In this document: piece after piece, positions 10,461 to 18,290 of the stretch
Layout of the letters: the number at the start of each line of letters is the position of its first letter
How positions within the stretch are numbered: the first letter of the stretch is position 1
From: an uncultured Verrucomicrobiae bacterium
Lineage (GTDB): Bacteria; Verrucomicrobiota; Verrucomicrobiia; Chthoniobacterales; Chthoniobacteraceae
Assembly (NCBI GenBank): GCA_963836755.1
Contig: CAWIKF010000002.1
Coordinates: forward strand, 1,088,001 to 1,152,000
Reading direction: 5' to 3'
DNA length: 64,000 nucleotides
The notes under the pieces: model-generated
What the model saw: the letters and a program-made list of their open reading frames with translations, nothing else
Told to the model about the DNA's origin: nothing
The model's database searches: none
Position numbers and translations under genes: made by a program

Positions 10461-11050
10461 GGGACGGGCGGCGGGATGAGCACGCATTGCATCCCGGCGG
10501 CGTGTGCGGCGGTGACGCCGATCTGCGTGTCTTCAAAAACCAAGCAGCGCACGGGCTCGACTCCGAGACGCGCGGCAGCGGTCAGAAACGGGTCGGGCGA
10601 CGGTTTGCCGTTCACGTAATCTTCCGCGCCGATGATCGCATCGAACAACTGCGTGATGCCGAGCGCGTCGAGCGTTTTCGTGACGATCGCGCGATGTCCG
10701 CCAGAGGCGACAGCCATCGGCAATTTTCCGTGCACATCTTTCGCGATCGCGACGACGGGTTCGATCGGGCCGATCTGCGCGATCATTTCCAGATAAAGCT
10801 GTTCCTTGTGTTGCGCGGTTTCGACCGTCGGGATTTTCAAACCGTGACGCTCGTTTAAAATCTCGACGATGCGAACGGTCGGAACGCCGCCGAGCTCGTA
10901 AAACATCGCCTCCGGAAAATTGTAATCAAACTCGCTGAGCGCGGCGCGCCACGCCTTGTAATGCAGCGGCATCGTGTCGGCGAGCGTGCCGTCGCAATCA
11001 AAAATATAGGCAGCAAAGTCGCCGGTTGGCAGTTCGAGTTTCACGCGCAT
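10457..11050 (-). CDS. HAD family phosphatase (YqaB/beta-PGM-like)
   Basis: FDCDGTLADTMPLH, GKPSPD, VFEDT. Confidence 0.88.
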   Translation of the reverse strand: MRVKLELPTGDFAAYIFDCDGTLADTMPLHYKAWRAALSEFDYNFPEAMFYELGGVPTVRIVEILNERHGLKIPTVETAQHKEQLYLEMIAQIGPIEPVVAIAKDVHGKLPMAVASGGHRAIVTKTLDALGITQLFDAIIGAEDYVNGKPSPDPFLTAAARLGVEPVRCLVFEDTQIGVTAAHAAGMQCVLIPPPVP

Positions 11051-11155
11051 AAAAAGCGTGCGCGGCGCGCGCAAAGGCAAGCGCATTTCGTCCGCCTCCG
11101 CATAAAAGGCGCGACGCGTGGCGCGGTGGGATGGTATTGATGCGGCGTTGAAGCG

Positions 11156-11839
11156 ATGAACAATAAAGTGCTCATAGCCGACGATGAGGCTGATGTTTTG
11201 AACCTGGTCGCCGCTAATTTAAAAGGCGCGGGCTTCGTCGTGATGAAAGCCAGCAACGGCGCGGAAGCGCTCGCCAAGGCGCAGCGCGATTCGCCGTCGC
11301 TGCTCGTGCTGGATTTGATGCTGCCGGAGATGAGCGGGCTCGAGGTTTGCAAAACGCTCAAGGGCGATCCCGCGACGTCGTCATTGCCGATCATCATGCT
11401 CACGGCAAAGGCCGAGGAAGTGGACCGGATCGTCGGGCTGGAGCTGGGCGCGGACGATTACATGACGAAGCCATTCAGCCCGCGCGAACTGGTGCTGCGG
11501 GTCAAATCCGTCTTGCGCCGCGCGCACGGCGAACTCGATCCAAATGAGCCGCTGAAATCCGGCACGATCATGATCGATCGCGCGCGCCATCAGGTGCGGG
11601 TGAAGAATAAACCGGTCGATCTCACCGCGACGGAATTCAATTTGCTCGCGCTGCTGCTCGAGCGCCGGGGCCGCGTGCAGAGTCGCGAGAAATTGCTCAA
11701 CGAAGTTTGGGGCTACGAAAGCGCGATCGACACGCGGACCGTGGACACTCACGTGCGCCGCCTGCGCGAAAAACTCGGGCCCGCGTCCGATTGCATCGAG
11801 ACCGTGCGCGGCTTTGGTTATCGCATCGCGACCACTTAA
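11156..11839 (+). CDS. OmpR/PhoB-family response regulator
   Basis: Receiver domain (LDLMLP, GADDY, KPF) and winged helix (LTATEF, TRTVDTHVRRLREKL). Confidence 0.92.
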   Translation: MNNKVLIADDEADVLNLVAANLKGAGFVVMKASNGAEALAKAQRDSPSLLVLDLMLPEMSGLEVCKTLKGDPATSSLPIIMLTAKAEEVDRIVGLELGADDYMTKPFSPRELVLRVKSVLRRAHGELDPNEPLKSGTIMIDRARHQVRVKNKPVDLTATEFNLLALLLERRGRVQSREKLLNEVWGYESAIDTRTVDTHVRRLREKLGPASDCIETVRGFGYRIATT

Positions 11840-11875
11840 CGGGCCGCTGCTGCGCGTTTAACGGACGTTCACTGA

Positions 11876-13177
11876 ATGCTTATTTCGGTCACATTGCTGG
11901 TTTGCCTCATCTCCGTCTGTGGCGCATGGATCTGGCAGCGACGTAAATTTTTGCGGCACCTGCAGCACGTCGAGCAGATCATCGACGACGTCGCGGCCGG
12001 TCGGCGGTCGACGAGTTTCGTTTTCCGCAAAACGCGCGACTTCAGCGGCCTCGCGTTGCGGCTCGAGCATTTGAGCGACGAGCACGAACTTTTGAAAAAA
12101 GAGGTCGGCGAAAAAAAGTTCAACCTTGATGCCGTTCTCGCGAGCATGGCCGAAGGCGTGCTCGTGGTGGGCGATGCGCACGTTATTCGCATGGTGAACG
12201 ATTCGTTTTGCAAAATGTTTCAACTGCCCGCGAAGCCGCTTGGGCAGACGATCCTGCACGCGACCCGCGCCGCGGCCGTCGACGAAATCATTCGCGAAGC
12301 GCTCGAGCATGGCGCGGTGCGCTCGCGGGAAATCGTGGTCACGACTCCGAACAGCGGCGATCGCCATTTCAATGTAAATGCCGTGCCGCTGAAAGGAACG
12401 GCGGCCGAAAACACCGGCGTGGTCGCCGTCTTTCACGACATCTCGCGCCTCCGTCAACTCGAGGAAGTGCGGCGAGACTTTGTCGCCAATGTCTCGCACG
12501 AACTGCGCACACCGCTTTCGATCTTGCATGGCTATCTTGAAAATCTGATCGAAAATCCATCCCTCCCGAAAGCGGAGCGCGCGCAAATTTTGCAAATCAT
12601 GAGCAAGCATTCGCATCGCCTGAACGCGTTGCTCGAGGATTTGCTCACGCTCGCGCGACTGGAATCGCGGCGCGACACGCTCGATTCGCGCGAGATTTTG
12701 CTCGAGCCGTTTGTGAAGACGCTCGTGCGCGAATGGTCGCCGAAACTTTCCGACAAACACGCGGCGGTGAACGTGGAGATTGCGCCCGACCTGAAAGTGC
12801 GGGCGGATGTATTTCGATTGGAACAGGTGTTGAGCAACCTGCTTGACAACGCGCTGAAATTCAGCCGTGACCCCGGCGTCATCGCCATCCAGGCCTCGGC
12901 GGAAGAAGCGGACGCCGCGGTCGAAATGCGCGTGGAAGACGACGGGATCGGCATCCCGAAACTCGATCTGCCGCATATTTTTGAAAGATTCTACCGCGTG
13001 GAAAAGACGCGCACACGCGATGCAGGCGGCACCGGCCTCGGTTTATCCATCGTTAAACACATTGTTGGTTTGCACGGGGGAACGGTGCGGGCGGAGAGCG
13101 TTCTGGGGCGCGGGACGGCGATCGTGCTCCGTTTCCCTCAAAATGGCGCGAACGGCAAAGACGCACAAAAACCATAA
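11876..13177 (+). CDS. PhoR-like PAS sensor histidine kinase
   Basis: DFVANVSHELRTPL, NLLDNALKF, IFERFYRV, GGTGLGLSIVKH. Confidence 0.9.
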   Translation: MLISVTLLVCLISVCGAWIWQRRKFLRHLQHVEQIIDDVAAGRRSTSFVFRKTRDFSGLALRLEHLSDEHELLKKEVGEKKFNLDAVLASMAEGVLVVGDAHVIRMVNDSFCKMFQLPAKPLGQTILHATRAAAVDEIIREALEHGAVRSREIVVTTPNSGDRHFNVNAVPLKGTAAENTGVVAVFHDISRLRQLEEVRRDFVANVSHELRTPLSILHGYLENLIENPSLPKAERAQILQIMSKHSHRLNALLEDLLTLARLESRRDTLDSREILLEPFVKTLVREWSPKLSDKHAAVNVEIAPDLKVRADVFRLEQVLSNLLDNALKFSRDPGVIAIQASAEEADAAVEMRVEDDGIGIPKLDLPHIFERFYRVEKTRTRDAGGTGLGLSIVKHIVGLHGGTVRAESVLGRGTAIVLRFPQNGANGKDAQKP

Positions 13178-13214
13178 GGGGTGTGCACGCATCCTGCTAA
13201 AAGAAGGTCTCACA

Positions 13215-13622
13215 ATGCCTTTCACCGATTGTCCAGCGCAGTGCACGCTACGGGACGAGCCGACGACGACCGCGCCGCCGGACGCGAATCCTACGTGCTA
13301 TTCCGTGACGATTTTTACGAATTCGTGGAAGGAAATCCGCGATTTTTACGTGGAGATTTTGGGCGCTAAAATCCTCAGCGAGCACGCCGGGCGCTACTGC
13401 GAAATGAGCTTGGGCGGGCTGCCTATCTGCCTGCGCCGGTCGGAATTTGGGGAGATGGTGAGCTATTTTCATCTCTACCTTTCAATGAAAAATCGCGAGC
13501 CGGTTTTGCGCGAGCTGCGCAACCGCGGGATCATCGTCACGACCGTCGGACCTTACACCAATTTCCGCGATCCCGAGGGACGTGTGATCAAACTTTCCGA
13601 GTCAAAGACGCTCGTCGGTTAG
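13215..13622 (+). CDS. VOC/glyoxalase-like protein
   Basis: DFYVEILGA...FRDPEGRVIKL pattern. AGAAGG upstream of ATG 13215. Confidence 0.7.
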   Translation: MPFTDCPAQCTLRDEPTTTAPPDANPTCYSVTIFTNSWKEIRDFYVEILGAKILSEHAGRYCEMSLGGLPICLRRSEFGEMVSYFHLYLSMKNREPVLRELRNRGIIVTTVGPYTNFRDPEGRVIKLSESKTLVG

Positions 13623-13624
13623 CG

Positions 13625-14311
13625 TCAAAGTCCGAGGGTTTTAATCACGCCGTCCACGTCCGACAAATCGTCGAACAAAAAATCGGGGTTGTGTGCAGCG
13701 AGCTCCGCGCGCGTCGAATTGCCAGTCGCGATCGCGACAGTTTTGGCGCCAATCGCGCGGCCGCAATCGATGTCGTGAATCGTGTCGCCGAGGACGAAAA
13801 TGTTTTCCGGCGCGAATTCCACGCCATGCTTTTCGCGCGCCCGGGCACTCGCGAACGGTCCGAGCTGATTGCGGTCGTGCGAGTCATCGGCGAAGGCGCC
13901 GAATTCAAAAAAATGTCCCACGCCGTAATGCGCGAGCTTGAGATCGGCGCCGCGCGAAAGATTGCCGGTCAAAAGCGCGAGCGCGACGTGCGGCCGGGCG
14001 CGCAGCGCCTCAAGCAAAGGCAGGATTCCCGGCAACAATTTTCCCTTTTTTTGCGGAAGCTGCGTTTCGAGATGGCCCAGGTAGCTGTCTAAAAATGCGC
14101 TCACGTTTTCCGGCGTAGGCTCGATTCCGTGCAGTGCGAAAATTTTGCGCGCAATCGCGGAATCCGTTTTTCCTGCGAGCGGGATTTGCGCCAGGTCGTC
14201 GTCGCGCCCGAAGCGCTCCTTGAGCGCGAGCCGCAGCGCTTTTTCGCCCGCGCCTCCGGAGTGTAAGAGCGTGCCATCGATGTCAAACAAGACGAGTTTG
14301 GTTTTCGTCAT
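13625..14311 (-). CDS. HAD-family hydrolase (phosphoglycolate phosphatase-like)
   Basis: LFDIDGTLL, LLTGN, VLGDTIHDI. Confidence 0.88.
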   Translation of the reverse strand: MTKTKLVLFDIDGTLLHSGGAGEKALRLALKERFGRDDDLAQIPLAGKTDSAIARKIFALHGIEPTPENVSAFLDSYLGHLETQLPQKKGKLLPGILPLLEALRARPHVALALLTGNLSRGADLKLAHYGVGHFFEFGAFADDSHDRNQLGPFASARAREKHGVEFAPENIFVLGDTIHDIDCGRAIGAKTVAIATGNSTRAELAAHNPDFLFDDLSDVDGVIKTLGL

Positions 14312-14353
14312 GGCGCGAAAAAGCACGGACGCGCGCGGCTCACGAGCATCGCG

Positions 14354-14932
14354 CTATTTTTCCTCGTTTTCCTCTTCGTCGAACTCTTCTGTCGGCGGTT
14401 CAAACTTCCGCTTGCGCTTGTTTGCCGGCAGCGGCGAGAGCGTCATGCTGATGCTTTTGCCGGTAAGTTTCGGCTCCATCTCGACCTGCGCCATCGTGAG
14501 CAGATCGCCTTTCACGCGCTGCATTACGGCCATGCCGAGTTCCTGGTGCGCCATTTCGCGCCCGCGGAATTGCAGGTGAACTTTGAGCTTGTTTGCCTTG
14601 TCGAGAAAGTCTTCGGCGTGCCGCAGCTTCGTGAGGTAATCGTGCTCGTCGATGTTCACGCGGAATTTGATTTCCTTGAGCTTGCTGCCCGAGCTCTTGC
14701 GATCTTTTTCCTGCTTCGCGAGCGCGTAGCGGAATTTACCGAAATCGACGATGCGGCAGACGGGCGGGTTGGCATTCGGCGCCACCTCCACGAGGTCGAG
14801 CCCCAGGGTTTGCGCCTTGCGCAAGGCGTCGGATAACTTCATGACGCCGAGTTGCTCGTTGGTAGCCGCGACGATGACGCGGACTTCCCGCGCGCGGATG
14901 CGGCCGTTTACACGAATTTGCTGTTGTTGGAT
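14354..14932 (-). CDS. infC: translation initiation factor IF-3, non-AUG (ATC) start
   Basis: LDLVEVAPNANPPVCRI, KEIKFR, QFRGRE. The frame extends 30 codons upstream of the track ATG (IQQQQIRVNGRIRAREVRV) to an ATC 9 nt after AAGGAG. Confidence 0.92.
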   Translation of the reverse strand: MQQQQIRVNGRIRAREVRVIVAATNEQLGVMKLSDALRKAQTLGLDLVEVAPNANPPVCRIVDFGKFRYALAKQEKDRKSSGSKLKEIKFRVNIDEHDYLTKLRHAEDFLDKANKLKVHLQFRGREMAHQELGMAVMQRVKGDLLTMAQVEMEPKLTGKSISMTLSPLPANKRKRKFEPPTEEFDEEENEEK

Positions 14933-15136
14933 AAGCGTTAACTCCTTGGAAACCGTGCGAAGCGAAGACGCGGCCTCTATTTTTTCTAAAATTTTACCCG
15001 ATCACTTTGCATCTCGCCGAGGAAACCTCGCGCGCATCGCTCCTGTCCGCGCCCCGTGGCACAAAAGCCGCGCGGCGCGACGCACGTTCGGGCCGTGCGC
15101 ACGAGCCTTATCTAGCAAGCTGAGAGCTACGGGCAA
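14933..15136 (-). promoter_or_regulatory. candidate sigma70 promoter and structured 5' leader of infC
   Basis: Minus strand TTGCCC-16-TAGATA (15136-15109) with an extended TG. Hairpins CGCACG/CGTGCG and CGAGG-TTT-CCTCG. SD AAGGAG. Confidence 0.4.
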
Positions 15137-15204
15137 GGCGAATCGTTTCGCGGTCGCGGAAAAAACCGCTCCTCAACCGCGCTGCTTCGCGGCAGATTTC
15201 GGGC

Positions 15205-16287
15205 ATGGACCAAACAGCGAAAACTTTTCTCTTCGATCTTCTCAATACGCCGAGCCCGACTGGCTTCGAGCTCGCGGGCCAGCGCAAATGGGCCGACTAC
15301 ATCCGCGCCTTTGCTGACCGCGTCGAGAATGACGCCTACGGCACCGCGTGGGCCACGCACGATGGCGCCGATGCGAACGCGCCGCGCATCATGCTCGAGG
15401 CGCACGCGGACGAGATCGGCTTCATCATCAAGCAAATCACGAAGGACGGCTTTCTCCGCGTCGACCGCATCGGCGGCTCGGACGTCGCCACCGCGCGCGG
15501 CCGCCGCCTCACCTTTCTCGGCGAAAAAGGAACCGTCCGCGGCATCCTCGGCAACACCGCCATTCATCTCCGCCGCGACAGCTTCAGCGATGAAAAGGCG
15601 CCAAAAATCCACGAGCTTTACGTTGATGTCGGCGCGTCGAGCGGCGACGAAGTCCGCGCGCTCGGGCTCCGCGTCGGCCATCCCGCCGTCTATGCCGACA
15701 CTGCCGAACTTCTCGGCGAAAACCATCTCGTCGCGCGCGCGATCGATAACCGCATCGGCGGCTTCATCATCGCGGAAGTTTTGAAAAAAGTCCGCCAGCG
15801 GACCGCACCGATCGCCGCGACTCTTTACGCCGTCAACGCCGTTCAGGAGGAAATCGGCGGGCACGGCGCGCGCATGGTTGCCCACCGGCTTCGGCCCGAC
15901 CTCTGCATCGTCCTCGACGTCACGCACGCGACCGACACGCCCGGGATCGAGCACGCGCAGCACGGCGACGTGAAGCTCGGCGGCGGCCCCGCGATCACGC
16001 ACGGCACTTGCAATCACCCGAAGCTCATCGCCCGGCTACTCGAGGTCGCCGATTCGCTACAAATCCCGATCCAGCACGAAAGCTCCTCGCGCTACAGCGG
16101 CACCGACACCGACGTGATCTTTCAAACACGCGACGGCATCCCGAGCGCGCTGGTCTCGATGCCGCTGCGCTACATGCACAGCGTCGTGGAAATGGCGGAC
16201 CTGCGCGACGTGCAGCGCGTCATCGATCTTCTCGCCGCCTTCGTTGAATCGATCGCCGCCGACGACACCTTTGGCGTCAAACTTTAA
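15205..16287 (+). CDS. M42 family metallopeptidase
   Basis: EAHADEIG, AIDNRIG, VQEEIG, LDVTHATD, GTDTD, PLRYMHS. Confidence 0.92.
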   Translation: MDQTAKTFLFDLLNTPSPTGFELAGQRKWADYIRAFADRVENDAYGTAWATHDGADANAPRIMLEAHADEIGFIIKQITKDGFLRVDRIGGSDVATARGRRLTFLGEKGTVRGILGNTAIHLRRDSFSDEKAPKIHELYVDVGASSGDEVRALGLRVGHPAVYADTAELLGENHLVARAIDNRIGGFIIAEVLKKVRQRTAPIAATLYAVNAVQEEIGGHGARMVAHRLRPDLCIVLDVTHATDTPGIEHAQHGDVKLGGGPAITHGTCNHPKLIARLLEVADSLQIPIQHESSSRYSGTDTDVIFQTRDGIPSALVSMPLRYMHSVVEMADLRDVQRVIDLLAAFVESIAADDTFGVKL

Positions 16288-16421
16288 CCGCGAGTGAATA
16301 CAAACGTGGGGTGAAATCGACGCCTAGCCTGCGCAAGATGCTCTCCTGTTGAAGCCTCGGCTTTCCCTCTTTTTGCGAGTGAGGCCGCTCTTGCGCTCAC
16401 TGCCCAGAATGAACCTTCCGG

Positions 16422-18278
16422 CTACGGCTTTTCTTCCTCGGGAATCTCCACGTCGGGTTCGCGCTGCATCAGGTGACAGACAATGCCGCGATAATGGTTG
16501 GAAATCCAAAGTTCCTCGAGGTTCACTGTCACATACGCGCGGTATTGCTCGGCCAGCGGGTGCTCGTCGTCAAAAAACGATGGGGGCGGATCGATCTTTT
16601 CTTTGATCGCAATGCCGATTTCGTCATCGCCGCCGCCTTCTTCATCCTCTTCATCGCCTTCTTCCCACGGAGGTTTAGGATACGGCTGCGTGCCGGCGGG
16701 CGAGAACTCGTCGGGATCGATCTCCGCGCCTTCCTGTTTCTTTAACTCCATTTGATGAAGCTTCTCCAGGTATTCGGCACGGTCGCGGAAATGCTGCTCC
16801 ATCTCCCACTCGTCTTGTCTTTCCCGGAACTGCGCTTCGAGTTCCTTCTGCGCTGGTGTGGCCTCGGGCGGCTTGACTCGGAGGGAGATCGTTAAATCGC
16901 CGGCGTAATTGCCCCGGAGCCGGGCAAGGATCGCGCGGATGCCCTCGACGATTTCCGAGAGTCGCTCGACGACACCGAAGGACTCGACAGTGGCGTGGAT
17001 GGTGCGGTAGGCGCCATTGGCTTTGATGGTTCCCCAGTCCGGGTTGTCGAGGAGGTTGCTGATGAATGTTTGCGCGTAAGCCTGGACCCATCGGCCGTGG
17101 CATTCGCGCAGGCCCGCGTCGATGAGGCCATTGTCCTCCGGGTCGAGCTCTTCTTGGTTGCGCGGTTCGTGGGGCGGATGCGGGGAAACGATGATCCGCA
17201 GCGGCGGGAGCGGTCGCGGCTCGGGCAAAAGGAGCACATCATCCCACGGCTGGAGGCCGGCATTGATGGCGGCGACTTCCATCTGCACGGGCGGGCATTG
17301 GGTCACGACCAGCTCGCGCAAAGCTGGCGCCTCCGCGAGCGGAGAGTAGTCGCGCGGATGGTCGAGATAAACGTGCGGGGGGCCGATTTTGAAATACGCA
17401 AGCTTCGGCAGACGGGTGAGCGGTGAGACATCGAGCGGCTGACGTTCCGTGACGGGGTCGCCGTCGGGTGTGACGGTGAGGCAGGTGAGTTCTTTCAACG
17501 ACTCGAGCGGAGTGAAGCTCTGGAAGGCCCCGAGGATGGTGAGGTTGCGCAAGCGGGGCATCTTTTCAATGCCATCGAGCCGCTCCGCGCCGGAGAGAGT
17601 GAGGAACTCGCAGGCGGGAAACTGCGGGAGGTCGGCGACATTGCGCGACGCGAGCGGGATGCAGTAAAGTCCGCCTCGGCGGACGCTCGGGAAGATGATT
17701 CCGCGCGGCAATGCGTGGAGATTGCCGGAGAGGATGAAGGACTCGAGCTGGGTCAATGCATCGAGTCCGTCGAGATTCGGCCAATGGACATTGAAAGCGA
17801 GCGTCAGTTCGCGCAATGCAGTGCAGCGGGCGAGGGGACTGAAGTCCTCGCACCGGGTGTTGTATGTGGGCGAGCCGGGATAGCCGAGGGAGAGCTTCGT
17901 GAGCGAGGGCAAATCCGCGAGGGGTGAGACATCGGATGGCTCGGCAAAGGCGATGTCCACGCTTTCCAGCGCGGTGAGGAAGCGAAAGGCCCCGAGGCTG
18001 CGGATGGGAAGGTCGGGGCGCGCCCACCATGATTTCATCACCGCCAGAGATTCGACCGACTTCGCGAGACTCTCCTCGGAATACTGGGGCTGATAGGCCG
18101 GGTTCAGCTTCCGCTCGCGGCTGAGTGCCATCCGCTGGTCGAAGGTCTGGGTATCGAAGATCTTCCGCTTGCTATTCCAATGCGACACGCCCATCTCGAC
18201 GAGGAGTTCCACGGTGTAGCGCTCGTCAATCGTGCGCGCTGGGTCAAGTGACCAGGCAATGAAGGCTTCGGTGTCCAT
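16422..18278 (-). CDS. leucine-rich-repeat protein with acidic C-terminal region
   Basis: Repeats such as DVSPLADLPSLTKLSL, DFSPLARCTALRELTL, FTPLESLKELTCLTV, DYSPLAEAPALRELVV. No signal peptide. Confidence 0.75.
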   Translation of the reverse strand: MDTEAFIAWSLDPARTIDERYTVELLVEMGVSHWNSKRKIFDTQTFDQRMALSRERKLNPAYQPQYSEESLAKSVESLAVMKSWWARPDLPIRSLGAFRFLTALESVDIAFAEPSDVSPLADLPSLTKLSLGYPGSPTYNTRCEDFSPLARCTALRELTLAFNVHWPNLDGLDALTQLESFILSGNLHALPRGIIFPSVRRGGLYCIPLASRNVADLPQFPACEFLTLSGAERLDGIEKMPRLRNLTILGAFQSFTPLESLKELTCLTVTPDGDPVTERQPLDVSPLTRLPKLAYFKIGPPHVYLDHPRDYSPLAEAPALRELVVTQCPPVQMEVAAINAGLQPWDDVLLLPEPRPLPPLRIIVSPHPPHEPRNQEELDPEDNGLIDAGLRECHGRWVQAYAQTFISNLLDNPDWGTIKANGAYRTIHATVESFGVVERLSEIVEGIRAILARLRGNYAGDLTISLRVKPPEATPAQKELEAQFRERQDEWEMEQHFRDRAEYLEKLHQMELKKQEGAEIDPDEFSPAGTQPYPKPPWEEGDEEDEEGGGDDEIGIAIKEKIDPPPSFFDDEHPLAEQYRAYVTVNLEELWISNHYRGIVCHLMQREPDVEIPEEEKP

Positions 18279-18290
18279 ATTACCAGTAAG

